A DNA stretch of 64,000 nucleotides, from the NCBI GenBank assembly GCA_977030845.1, contig OZ365116.1, positions 15,376,001 through 15,440,000 of the forward strand, in the 5' to 3' direction. Shown piece by piece: positions 40,001-53,400 of this stretch (its first letter is position 1; each line of letters starts with the position of its first letter). Made by a program: the position numbers and the translations under genes. This DNA comes from Fimbriosthenelais zetlandica. Its lineage: Eukaryota. The notes under the pieces are model-generated. The model did no database searches. It saw only the letters and a program-made list of their open reading frames with translations, and was not told the origin of the DNA.

Positions 40001-43000
40001 CCCTCTAATAGGCTTAACATGGCCTACAACGAGGACCATCTCCCATAGGGACAACACTCCCTCATTACCCATGGTCGACCTCCATGTTAATTATATAGAC
40101 AAATACTCCCAACAGATGAGCTTTACAATGATGGCTGATAGGTAAGGTGTGACTACATGTAAAATACACCAAGGCTATTCTGTACAGAAAGGTGTTACAT
40201 TATTTTTCATTCTGTTAAGGTTTATATGTTAAGACTTATGTTAAAATGGGACTTTTAGGAGCCCTATGCCCCGTTATAGAGCTGCCTCCGTGGAGCACAT
40301 GATAACCCATACCTCATCCAGACACATTATCCTGACACCAGGCCGACCAGTCCTAGCATTGTTGTCGTCTGATTACTGAGCACCAAGCCATGGGGTCCTT
40401 TGTTTAGAACTTTTGTGAAAAAGATGAGTTGTATAAGAAGTTAAGGAGCCTCAGTGGAACATGGGCTATTCTTTATGTAAGAAGATTCCCTGTCATATCA
40501 TTGGCTTTTTCTCTCCTGACTTGAGGCTTCATTATTTGAGCATTATCTGCCTACACTGGTTGAACAGCTAATTATCAGGTAGCTGAGCTTCTTATTAGCA
40601 TATAAATGAGGCGTCCACCTGAGAGCCTGCCTGGTGAGGCTGAGTACAGAACCCGGGGGACAAGGCCCCTCAAGCTACATGTATATATATCATCCTCAAT
40701 ATGTGGCGGATTATTGCTGCCTTTCATAACCATTGCTTTCCATTAAGAGCATATTTCAATGGAGTAGTATTTATTTCAATTATGAGCCAATTTGCCTATA
40801 AAGATATTTGTCCAATAGAAATTAATTGACTGGTGAAATTCATTATGGCTTCAATGGGTAAGCTCTTTGATGCGGCTTGGATTCGTGTAAACATATGAAA
40901 ATGCAATTACTAACATTGTGTCTTCAATATGAGAAGTAAGGGATATAACTGGATGCATTGAGAACACAAGGATGGTCAATTATGGGGTTAACCATCAGGT
41001 GATGAGTGGGAGCATATATCACTACTAAATGATCATCACCGTCTGATGAAAGTCATTTCTCTGGCTCATTGCATTCATGAACCATTTGTCCAGGCCTCTA
41101 ATGGAAATATGTCATTGTTAATTTGGAAATGCTGCAAGGCAGGAAGGAAAAACGTAGGAATATAATTAAGTTGTCTTCAGTCGGCTGTGAATATGTTTCC
41201 TGTATGTAATTACCCAGGAGACTTGGCAGCAGTTTCAACTTACAGACATAGATAGCTGGTACGGAAATAAAAAACTGACCCATTCCTAGAATTTACAATG
41301 CTATTCCTACACTATTGTATGTATATGGCTTCAAACGTATGAGGCGTAGCCTAATTATACAGCAGACTTCATAATGGAATTTGGTTACATTTGATACAAC
41401 TTCTGTTTGATTGTGTTATCTTTGGGAGAAGATAGAATTGCAATGTAAATAGAGCAGGTGGGGAGTGGAATTCATTAGAGAAATGACAATACGCAATATT
41501 TCAAACTGTCAATCTGACAATCATGCAGAGGCAAGGTTCTCCTATATATCACTGCAACAGAAAAATACAGAAAAAAATCCATAAGTGCAAGGAGTGGAAA
41601 ACAAAATCTTGCAGACCAAGGAAGGCAAGAGTAAAAGATCAAAATAAAAAGTCGTGGCTTGCTTGATTCTCCGCTGAGTGAGCTAACAGGTCCCATATTT
41701 CTCTTCAACTTGATTTGTTACAAATCTGTTTCCAAGTAAAGTTAGCCACGAAGTGCCAACAATAAATAACATAGTACAGCCGACAGTCATTGAACACCAT
41801 ACAGGCAGCTATTCTCACATGGAACCTTCATTAGAAACAAGCTAATTGGAGGAGACAATAATATATTCTCGCTAGGTTCTCATTCTACTGGCAGAAGAGA
41901 ACAGGATGGGTTCTGCGTAATCGTATATAATTGTATCCCTTCTTATCAAAATCTTCTCAAATTGTATACTCGACAATGTGTCTGGCGGTGTAGAATGTCA
42001 TAGAAAAAAGAACAAATTCAACAATATGGGACACTCGGCTCATATAGAACAAGTCAGGAAGAAAACTCATACAAGACTCGCCTGGCAGAAACAGGAAACA
42101 ATTTCCTGCTTAAATATTGAAAAATGGAATTCCTGGCGGTCTTTATATTATTCCATAATGTCGCTTTATGGCTACTCTTACTTCTGCAGCTGGGGCACCA
42201 GGCACAATGGTCGTGCTTTTATAAAAAGGCCTTGATGTAGTTGATCTAGGCCTTTAAAAAACAAAGTCCATGTTTTGGTGGAGTTACAGAAGTACTGGGG
42301 TGAGTTTGGAGTATTTGAGATTCTGTGGGTGGTTAGATGGAGGTGATAATCTGGTGATAAGACCACATCAAGGCCTCTGTATTAACACTAGCGCTGGTTC
42401 ATCCTATGCTAATGGCCCTGCTTGCCCATTCAGCTGGCTGGATCAAACATACTTTATTGTTTTGCGTAGTGATTTATCACCATGACATTAGTGCTATAGC
42501 CATATTATGTATACACACAGATGGAACTATTTGGCTTCCTGTCTGCGCCTTTATTTGTCCTATCATTTATCATATTTATTACCATTAGGCCTAGTAAAAT
42601 TTATAATAGGGAATTGATAAAAAAGGGATGATAGAAAGGGAATGTTAAGGTATTGGTGAAGGATGCACTAATGCAGTGGCATGACTTTATTAGCAATGCC
42701 AACTATATTACTCTCCTCAAAGAGCTGGTGTACTCACCCTTATCATGATAGAGTAGATAAGGTTAGTCAACATTAGCATAATCTTACATTGCCTTCTCTC
42801 AACATTGTCTTAATGATTGCCTCATCAACAAGAACCTTAATGGGTAACATAAATATAATAATAAGTTCCATTTTATATCTTATAAGGATCTGATATCTTG
42901 GAATCAATTCACTTTTAATGAATAAAGCCATGCTGTTCATATTGATGATTTCCTAAGAAAATTAGCGATCAAACATCCGGTGGCAGTTGCCATCCCATGA

Positions 43001-44339
43001 GGCAGTGTTTAAAACATCGTAATGGCATGCTCCATGGCGGACCAATCTGGCGAATAAACACAACAATTCTCATGATCGATGCAGGCCAAATACTGATAAC
43101 AGCTGTTTGAATGCATCCCCTCCAACAGGCAATATTTTTTTCAATATGGCTCAAGCTTTTGCTTGTTGATCCAGGAGTGATTACTAATGGAAATCAACAC
43201 TGGCCGAGTGTAAGATCTATGGAGATAACGAAGGCAGCACAGATAAAAAGAGAAGGCAAGGATCCATGGGTCAACAGGCTGAAGTTCAGCTAGTTGGGAG
43301 GGAGAAACGGGCAGAGAGAGGGAGGGAGGGAGATAGTGCATGGCAGAGAGAGCAAGTGAAAAACTGTGAGGACAACAATAAAAGCAAGGAACTATTGTAA
43401 AGGAAATAAGCGGGCATTGTCCCTCTGTGCTAGGATGATGAATGTCTTTATTATGACTTGTAAACAGAATATTCATCCATTCCCAGCATAAGCCGTCCAC
43501 GTGTTGAAGGCCTTAACAGATACATGCATATTCTATCAGGTGAAGGCGCCTTGCTCTCCTTCCTTAATGTGGCGCATACACTAAACGCTAGGTGATTAAC
43601 ATCTTACACCATTCAGCTTCCCTCACCGGGGAGACAGAAATCACTGAGAGATGGAGGCAGATTAACAGTGATGGCCAGTACGACACACTCAAACTCACAA
43701 TATCTCAACCTACATCATCATATAAGTCATCCAAGTTACAGAAGTCTGCATATTTTGAGGGAAGTCAAAATCCGAAAGACAGACCAAATTTTCCTACATG
43801 AACAAATCTCTGATAAGGATTTCCTTTCACTTGAAGCAGCTGTAGATCAAAGAATTCGCCATAAACAGATTTCCCATGATCTGTATATTTCCCACAGATT
43901 CTTTCCTCATTCCAGGCCCACCTACACAAGGGAATGTATACCCTTTGTCTTGCAGCTCCCTATGGGGTAGTTATTTGCGAGGATGTAATAAAAGTTGCAA
44001 CAATAGTTTAAATAGAGAATTGTGTTTTTGCTCATGAGAACGAGGATAAGGCAGTACTTCTGAGCCCATGGAAACCTATGAGAGTAAAACTTATGTTTAT
44101 TCTATCTTCTGCCTTTTATGTACAGTAGCCTTTTGGTCATAACACAGATGCTAGGGCTGGAATGCCAACCTAAATGAAAACACCATATGGTACCTACAAA
44201 ATATCTTACATGTATATATTTTCTGAATTAATTCCCATGTATGGTTCGATCATGACCAGGTCACCATTTTGATGCTCTTTATTAAAAGTCCTTTATTAAA
44301 CATATTATATGTAAACTTAGATGAGACCCATAAAGATTC

Positions 44340-44437
44340 TCTACGAAAGAACATTGGCATCTCTTTCATACATTCCTTTCTGCGAAAGATCCCGGGCATC
44401 TCTTTCACACATTCTTTTCTATGCGAAAGCACATTGG
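44340..44437 (+). repeat. 39-bp degenerate tandem repeat, ~2.5 copies
   Basis: TCT(A/G)CGAAAGA......GGCATCTCTTTCA(T/C)ACATTC(C/T)TT units start at 44340, 44379 and 44418. Confidence 0.8.
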
Positions 44438-47400
44438 GAAGCATAAATTCCCAGAGCATTTCCCCTTAATGCTTGATCTCAATGATAATGTATAAAGGTT
44501 GGCAAACTTGGTTCAGGGGTTCTAGACCTCGAGCCAATTACACAGAACTGACTGTGAAATGAATGCTAGTATAGAGCTAGTGCTGGCATGAATATCGCGG
44601 GTTATATTTATATAGGAACGAACTAACTGGTCCTGCACCTCATGCCAAAATATCCACCACTTCTAGATCAACATGCTATAGTGCATTCACCAATTCTCCA
44701 CATTACATTACCCAGCTTCCCAATGTTTAAATCAACACTAGAGCATTGGCTATATCAGACTGAAAGGTCTGTCAATTATAGGCAAATAGAGTACAGGTTT
44801 ATATAAGGCAGAAATTCAATATATCAGGTACTTTTCTATATATTCCATGTGAGCAAATGGAAGAAAAAAATTAACGTAAATATGAAGAAAAACTCTATGG
44901 GATATGAGGGGAATGGATGGGGGAAAGGTGGAAGAGAAAAAGAAAGGGAGAAGGGGAGAGGCGACAAAAAAAGATGAAAAAACATGTTCAGAGAAGAAGG
45001 TATGGAATTAAGAGCCCAGTAGTATATATATGAAAAAATACCTGTAAATCTTTATACATCAAGCAATGATGATCTAAAATTCTAGACTCTCCATCAGTTC
45101 TGCCATAATCATATTATCATGAGACCTCTGTCTCATATATCACTCTCTCACTCAACCCCCTCTCCACCCCACCCCACTCACTCACATAGGAGACCAGCAG
45201 CCTTGTTTAAGATCAGTTACAGTTTTATAATCATTTAGATTTTATAAAAGTTGTCTTATTGATTCTGATGCCACAGGTAGGGGCAAGTAATGCAACTATG
45301 TCCTGAATAAAGAGAATCTAATAGACAGGGTAGAAGGATTGTAGCAGAGGAGGTAAATTAGTAACCTAGATCACATTTCATGGACTTGTAGGACTCGTTG
45401 ATTGAAATGACAATGCAGGGTGTACATGTAAAACTGGTGTCATGGGGACATAAAACATGGCCAAACTGACATCTCAAAAAGTGCTGCAAACTGTGTAACT
45501 GGGTCACATAGTGCTCTCAATGTAATAGGAGGATAGATGTTGATGAAAGATCTATTATTTTCATTGCAGCCTTAAAAGGGTATGAACTATATTAGAGATA
45601 CTCTATGGCGTAATTTGACCTAAATATCTACTTTCACGGGCAATATTTTTTATTCACTTGTCAAAAGTGATCTAAGGCAGGTCCAACATTTGATGTAAAT
45701 GTTTTTCAACCAGGTACTACTGCTTGTTCTTATACAAGAGTTCAGCCAAATATTACACCATGTTAATGCAAATAATTAAACAGCTATTCACTACTAGATA
45801 ATGATGTCCATGATAGCTGGGTTTGATGAGATGGCGTGATGTTTTATAAATGATTAAATGCAAATGATTGGGATGCTTGCTGTGAAAATTGACATGGTTC
45901 AGACAATGACATGCGCGCATTACATGCGTCTACCCATTAATGACAGGTGGACTATATAGTGGACTATATAGGCGATGTTACTTAAAACATTAGTCTACCT
46001 GTGTTTGGTTTACTAGAGATTTCACGTATTGTTTAACAAATATGTCCCTCGTCATATGATTTGCTCTCAGACCATATCTAGATCAATTTTTGTGGGGATT
46101 AGAACTTTGCCTTACACTTTAGAAAAGTTAAACTATCTCTAATGATTTTAGAGTTCTCAGCTCGAACTCTTGATCATAAATTGTAATAAATTTCTTACAG
46201 CACTTGTTTGATTAACAGCATTTCTCTTCCTTCCAGATTTCTGGTAGAAATGATCGATGGTGAGAATGAAGAATGAGAGCCTAACAGACCCCAGAAGGAA
46301 AACAAAATCCCAGGTGCAGCTGGACTGTTAATATTCAAACTAATCAAACAAACTCGGAGAAGGAAAGGAAGATAAAAAGAGGAAGAAAGATGACAGATAA
46401 CTGGCCGACTAACACTGCTCCTGCACGAGAGACAAGGCTTGTAAACGCATAGAATCATTAGAAGGAAAATAGAAGTGGATGAGTGAAGGAAGTTCATACA
46501 GATCTGTGTTCCCATGGGGGCTTTCTCTGCCATCAGTTGGTCTCAGGAGCATGAGGGAAACAATCAGATTACAAGGGATAAAGCATCTCCCACTAATGTC
46601 TGCAGAGGAAATGACAAGCCATGTTGTTGCTACAGCTCGGTGAAGAAGGAGATGACGTCCATGCTTCAAACGCCATAGATGTAACTTTTCCCACTCAATG
46701 CTATTTTAATCCCTAAAGGCAATCAACCCAGTTTGGAAATCTTGGATGTGATACATTTGATTAACAACTTAAAAGCACAGTTGTGGATTAATTATTCGGC
46801 TCGTGATGCATTCCAATCAAGGGAACATTAGGAAGAGCGATGTCAAGGATTTGGAGGAGTGGATAAAAGTGTTTGACATATGAGTGTAAATGTTAGCAGG
46901 TCAGCTCCTGCTAGGGAAGGTGGAGGGAAGTGGAGGCTGAAGAAAAATGTTCCTTATAATATCCAAGCTGTTGTGATTACTCATTATGAGATGGGAACTG
47001 TGATGGAATGTGGAATAAGGTAATATTTTTTTTCCTCGTTTATAATCAGGCAAAATATCCATTATTATAGACCTGACTCTAATTTCTAGGAATCAGGAAT
47101 AAACTGAGTTTTCTGCCATTAATATTTCAACATTATACTTGTTTCTCTGTATATTTTAGTTTCCATGGTCATAGTGATTCCCATCAGCAAGGTATAGATG
47201 AAATAATATCCCAAATGCTGTGATTTGAGACAAAATAAGAAACCCGAAACATGCAATCACACTCCATGAGGCAATATTTGCCATTATGAAACTGTGCCCG
47301 CTAGAAATAGGAAGACTAATGGTGCATTCAGTGAGAACCTGTAGACCATGAAATTACATAATTAGTAAAATGATGCATGCCACTGAATGAGCCCGAAAAA

Positions 47401-47756
47401 CCATTCAATTCATGTATATTTATCTCACAGAATATCAGCTAGATATAAAAAATATTTCCAGGTAATTAGAAGCAGCAGATTGTAATTATAATAGATGTAC
47501 TTATTTGTTAAAGAGAAATGTAGTTTAAATTGAAAAGTTTAACGTCCTATTAAATCAGATATAATCAAGGGAACGAGATGAAAATTTTAGGAATTAAAAT
47601 CTGAGATCTAAAGCGTTCATATTACCAGATATTGCTAACATCAGAAAGGTATTAGGACTCCTCGTTTTGGGGGCAAGAAAACAAAACTAGCTTTCTCCTT
47701 TTTTTATCATTAAAACTAAAAATTCTTCTTTGTCATGAAATGTTAACTCTTCACAA

Positions 47757-49190
47757 ATGTTTTCCAGGGTTCTGCGCTACCTGTTCGCCTCGGCCCTGGG
47801 CTCTCTCTTCACACTCTTGATTCTCAATGCCCGGGATGGCCCTCAACCTCACTTCTCCTGGTCTCAGGAGCCCATTATTGTGGCTACTCACGTGGGGCAC
47901 CCAGCACCCCCACCCCCAGCTCAACATCAACACCAACAACTAAAGCCAGACCCAGTGCCTATACCTAAATCCAGCGCCTGTATCATCAAGCCCCAAAAAC
48001 CTGTGATCAGGAACGGTCTGTGGCAGGTGTTCACGGCAGGGAAGCAGGAGATCAGTATACATGGCGTCTACTACGATGACCGGCCAGATGCCGCACCCAT
48101 GGCCGTGGTTCGCGTGTTTGGGGTCTCATCTGCCCCAAAGAACAAAACCGTTTTGTGTCAAATGTGGTACAAAAACTACAAGGATAACCCTGTTTTGACT
48201 ACAGCAGTTATTGCATCTCCAGGAAGGGGGTACAGGAACAAACACAAAGTCCAGTACAAGGAGTACATATATACCTGCCCAGTCAGCAAGAATGATTCAT
48301 TACCCGAAAATATATCATTAGCGTTTCAGCCATGTCAAAACTCCACCATCCATAAAAAGATCTCTTTTGCTAAGAAAGTGGTTCCCAAGGTCCAGTTTGG
48401 TGTGTGTGTGGCCACTTCCTTTGGTCGTCTGAATCAGACAAGGCTGGTGGAGTGGGTTGAAATGTTAGAGCTGCTAGGAGTGGGTGAAATCAATATATAC
48501 AACAGTGATATATCAGAGGAGAGCTTGAAGGTTCTCAGACATTACCAAAAACAGGGTCTCATTGTTATACACCCGTGCCCACCACCCATACCAGAATTTA
48601 CATTTTGGCCGAGGAAGCTAACAGTGATCCCTGCTTTAAATGACTGTGTGTATAGGAACATGTACCGATATAACTACACCATTATCAAAGACCTGGATGA
48701 GATCATCATTCCTGTCACATATTCCAACTACACTGCCATGGTCAACGGTATCAGGCCATTCCACAAGAAGTTAAAGAAAGACCCTGGGTTAATTGTTTTC
48801 AGGAATGCTTACTTTTTCCTTGATTTTCCGAAAAATGTAACCAGGCATTTAAACAAAACCCAACCCAATACAACGCAGATTTTTTATGCAAATTCCACAA
48901 TGCTTTCCAACCTGAGGAGAGCGGCAGTCAGTTCACCTGGTTATGCGGTCAAATCAATGTTTAATCCAAGAACTTGTGTGATAGCTTGGAATCATTTCTG
49001 TATGGGAAGAGTCGCCAAAACCCAGGTCCTAAATGTCGACCCCAAGTATGCCTTGTCTCACCATTACAAAAAGTGCCATTTTAAGAAAGCAGAGTGTGCT
49101 AAGGTCATGAATGTGTCTCACATCGACCCATCCATTCTGCGCTTCAAAGACAAACTTCAAAAACGTTTATCAAATGTGCATATCAGCTAG
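47757..49190 (+). CDS. Glycosyltransferase family 92 (DUF23) protein, beta-1,4-galactosyltransferase GALT-1-like, type II membrane protein, 477 aa
   Basis: Uninterrupted 477-aa ORF: short basic N-tail plus TM helix (YLFASALGSLFTLLIL), then a Pro/His/Gln-rich stem. GT92-type motifs: CQMWY, YTCP, FGVCV, LVEWVEMLELLGV..INIY, LRHYQKQG, ALNDCVYRN, DLDEIIIP (DxD), KSMFNP..WNH, HHYK. Confidence 0.92.
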   Translation: MFSRVLRYLFASALGSLFTLLILNARDGPQPHFSWSQEPIIVATHVGHPAPPPPAQHQHQQLKPDPVPIPKSSACIIKPQKPVIRNGLWQVFTAGKQEISIHGVYYDDRPDAAPMAVVRVFGVSSAPKNKTVLCQMWYKNYKDNPVLTTAVIASPGRGYRNKHKVQYKEYIYTCPVSKNDSLPENISLAFQPCQNSTIHKKISFAKKVVPKVQFGVCVATSFGRLNQTRLVEWVEMLELLGVGEINIYNSDISEESLKVLRHYQKQGLIVIHPCPPPIPEFTFWPRKLTVIPALNDCVYRNMYRYNYTIIKDLDEIIIPVTYSNYTAMVNGIRPFHKKLKKDPGLIVFRNAYFFLDFPKNVTRHLNKTQPNTTQIFYANSTMLSNLRRAAVSSPGYAVKSMFNPRTCVIAWNHFCMGRVAKTQVLNVDPKYALSHHYKKCHFKKAECAKVMNVSHIDPSILRFKDKLQKRLSNVHIS

Positions 49191-49509
49191 CAAAGGGCTC
49201 TATAAGCTTGTTGTGGAAAGCCTAGACCAGTACAATATGATGGCCTCGGAAATCATTTGTGATAAGTCAATATATTTTCAATCAAAATGTTCCTTCTAAC
49301 CAGGGCAACATCTATTCAGTTTTTAAACTAACAGTTTCAACTGGAAGGGACAGCTTGTTGGGAGTTAATACTCTGAGAATAACATAATTGACTATGGATT
49401 TTACTCTATTGTTTATGGTTTAAACCATAGTCGTTTGATCGCAACGGTTGCTTCAGTTGTATATATTTAATGTATTTGTGTTCTATGAGGAATACACACA
49501 GATGGCTTG

Positions 49510-50442
49510 CAGGGCTCCAGCTACACCTCAAAATGTAGGAGCCATTTCTGTTGCCAATTGGGGCTCCATATGAGCCATATGGAAAAGAAAGAAGCCGGAA
49601 GGTGGAGGGGGGGGGGGGGTATCATACATAATAATCATCGTCATGTTACTCGAAGATGGTTTAATAAACTGTTTTGGTCGTATCAGTTGACTAGTGAAGA
49701 TTTCACCCTGAACCACAGCTTGTGACTGACCAGTGGGCAGTGGTGAGGAGGGGGTGTTTAGAAATGCGTATGTCCTAGCTTTTGACCCCCTGTGAAGCTT
49801 TCTACCGGCTGATGTGCTTGTGAAATACAATACATGAATGGTTGGCTTGTAGCTTCCAACTAAACTACCCCTCTTCCCCCTCCCTCTCCAATAGACACAC
49901 AGAGCGTCTGCTGTAGGTGTGAAAGGTAAGGCATGTCCTGTCCCTCGAACCCACCACCAGCTACTCCCACTCCAAACTACTTCCAACTAGACTACCCCCC
50001 CCCCCTCCCTCCCTCTCCAATTGACACACAGAGCGTCTGCTGCATGTGTGAAAGCTAAGGCCTGTCATGTCCCTCGAACCCACCACCAGCTACTCCCACC
50101 CCAAACTACTTCCAACTAAACTACCCCCCCCCCCTTCCCTCTCCAATTGACACACAGAGCGTCTGCTGCATGTGTGAAAGCTAAGGCTTGCCCTGTGCCT
50201 CGAACAGGCTCTCACCCTACCCCTGGTGGCTCTTCCGTGTATAGGCCACCCCCCAACCTTTAGCATATTTTGTCGACTGGTAGCCATTTATCACACCGAT
50301 CTTACACAATATAGCTACTCCCTCCACGCTGTCATTAACCAAAACAAGTAGCCAACTTTGTAGCCAACTGCAAGGCAATAGTCGCCAAACCAACTATTTT
50401 AATATAAATTGGCGACAAATGCGAACGGTAGCTGGAGCCCTG
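49510..50442. mobile_element. Non-autonomous DNA transposon (MITE-like), 933 bp, 15-bp TIRs and 5-bp TSD, hAT5-like
   Basis: Left TIR CAGGGCTCCAGCTAC (49510-49524) and right TIR GTAGCTGGAGCCCTG (50428-50442) are perfect inverted repeats. Flanked by the direct repeat GCTTG at 49505-49509 and 50443-50447. Repeated subterminal (TA/TC)GCCA motifs; no transposase ORF. Confidence 0.88.
49854..50204 (+). repeat. ~128-bp tandem repeat (~2.7 copies) inside the transposon
   Basis: Units begin TTCCAACTA(A/G)ACTACCCCC at 49854, 49981 and 50110 and share GACACACAGAGCGTCTGCTG..GTGTGAAAG.TAAGGC. Confidence 0.92.
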
Positions 50443-53400
50443 GCTTGGTACATGGAGATGTAAAAAATGGTGAGCAGTTCGTCAGATATGGTGAGAGACG
50501 GTGAGAGGCAAAGTGTGCACCTCACGCCTGCCTTGTCGGGGGTGATTGATATTTCGCTTCTCAATCAATATTTTAAAGGGATCAGTGGGAACACTCCCCA
50601 GATAGGCTCATCCCCACATGGCTGTGGGTGAAATATGTGACAAGAATGAAATGTGAAATCATATATAGGCTGAGGTCTAGAGAGAGAGAGGAAAGTCCTC
50701 TCAATATTTGTGCCTTTCCGCTATGTTGTTCTCTATAAATTATATGATGTTGATGGAAGTATAAATTGATTAGGCTCTACGAATCAATAAGTATAGGGTC
50801 TGCACTTGTAATATCAGGTTATATGAAGCAATTTATTTTTATTTAATAATAAATAATGGTTCAAATCCTTTCAGCAATAAAATGTAGGGCTTATATACTA
50901 CTGCACTGTTACTCGTATCATTAAGCAATTATAATTTTTCTTGATATAATCGCAAATTTGATTATTAAAATGGTCATATAAAACTTTTAAACATGATCGT
51001 GTTGGCTCATGGCAAATAGAGGTAATGGAAAGGCTAGCATTAATTGACAGGGCATCCATTCATTACTAAGCTGCGGGCTGGGCTCGCCATGAATGGACTC
51101 GTCCTATATGGCGAAGAGGAACCCTGATTAAAACACTTATTTAACTCACATTTGGGTATAATTCAAACAATAACTGATCAATCATAAAGTGTCTTCATGA
51201 ATCCACAAACAGAAATCAGATTGGTTAGGCATTTCACTGTTTCTGTAGCAGTAACAGAGAGACATATTTTCAGGGAATAACGAAGACTAGTCAAGGAGCA
51301 AAGCTCAGTGAAAACATAGATCGAAACCCACCAGTTTGTCTGACATAGATCATCATGATTCTTTTAGAATATACATTTTTCTGTTATTATATGGCTTATG
51401 GGATTGTTGCTTCACTGCTGCTTGTTGATTATTTCAGTCCTGCGGTTTTCACTATTAAATTTAAGGCATGTGAATTGTAATATTTAAAAAACATGTCATG
51501 TGTTACAAAGAAAGATTGAAAGCTGAGATGAAAAACAAGTTAAAATGTTGGGAAGTATTTTCAAGTATCCTCAAGGCTATCTTCTGAAAAGGTATTGAAG
51601 GATGGTGATAAACTGTTATTGTTATTTCTTGGTGATCACTCAAGTACCAACAATCGACATTTATAATGCCATGTGTGAAATAATAATCTGTCAAAGAGAT
51701 GTTCTATGATGGAAATTATATACAATTAAACTAATGGATTGAACTGTTACACTAAATAATTATTTATGAACATTCCTTTGTGAAGTTGGACCACTCTTTT
51801 CATTGGTTAATATTTCTGTTTTTTTAGCTTCTATGATTTTCCATTATTGAAGCCAACATAGTTTTACAGTGTACACTGAAGCACTAGGTATAATAGAACC
51901 TGTAAAATGGATACATCACCTGTCTTGCTCATAGATGTATGTGGTCTATTGGAATGGTAATTCCAGCAGAATAATTATTATTAAAGAATGGTGCTCTAAA
52001 TCTGTACATATCATATTTTCATAAGGATTAAAAATCTATAAAAACTATAAGGTTGACTAGCTCTATGAATATTAAACAATATACTAATGCCATGACTTAG
52101 TCTCGCTGATTCAAGATGTGACTATCACACTTCACATTATGCAATAAACCAATAATTTCCCCTCATTTCATTCCTTTATTCTTTGAGTCTGCGTGTTCTA
52201 ATTTTCCTTTGTATCTCGCCTACTTAATTCCATTACCTTACACTCAAGAATTCTCTAAAACTGTTTTAGTTGAGACATTATTCACATTAATGAGGTCGTA
52301 CTTTGAAAAACAATTTCTATTACCTGCCACTTTCTGCCCAACACGACTCCGGGAAAGTATTATTCTGAGGCAAAAATGGTAATTACTGATTTTTGTTTGC
52401 GTGATTTGTGCCTTCCCTGTGGAACAAGCCAAGAAATGAAGCATAATTTGCCTGGATGTTCTGGCACCTCATAACAGAGGGCAGGCTTTTAACCAGAATG
52501 TAATAAGCATAGAAAACAATCCAGCATATGCTACATTGATCATTCAGTTTAAATGGATTAATATATTTAGTTTTCTCAGAAAGATATTTGAAGCACAAAT
52601 GCAAATGACTACGCAATAACGAGCATCCAAAACTATCCTCTTTAAAGCTGGGAAGGAAGACAGACAAGCCTGGTGGTGACTTTGTTAATGGCCGTCTCTG
52701 GTTAAGGACATTTGACCTGTCAGGCTGGAGGCCAGATGGTCAACCCTGACATTGTTTGTCATTCTACTTCATGGCACCAAGGATAGTCGTATCCTGGATG
52801 GCACTGCAAGCGGGCAACTTTCCTCTAAAAGCCTTTCGTTAGCCCAAGTCAAATCATTACTGGCCTGCCAGATTGCTGAAGCAATGGCTAGTGCTCATCA
52901 GAAGAGTTTTCTAAACATTCTTCCTGTTATCTTCCAGAACTAAATTGGTCTTTTAATAAGAGGGCAAGGCACTGTATAGTTTATTCGCTGAATCTAGCAT
53001 TTATGACAATCGAGGACTTTGCAGCAGTGCATTGAAAACTCCATTGGTAAGGTCTACAGAATGTCACAGGCACAGATCCTATCTTATCTCAAACGTGTCA
53101 CAATTAAGCTAACCTCACAATGGCAGGATTATTGGATTTTCCAATACCCTCGCCATTCGTCTCCATTGCTTTAGAAAAGCTCACAATCCTATAGCTGCAA
53201 TACCTCCCATCTCCCCAAATGTAATCACACCGTGATCTGTGTGTTATGCTTGAAATAATGTTCTTTGAAATGAAGTGGAAAAATCGATTGTCCAGAAGCG
53301 ACCTTTACAAATCTGAATATTCACAATGTGAGGGGTGATAGGTCAGTGTGGGAAATGACAGACGCCCAGGCGCCGATAGGAAAAAGAGGGTGAAGGCAAT

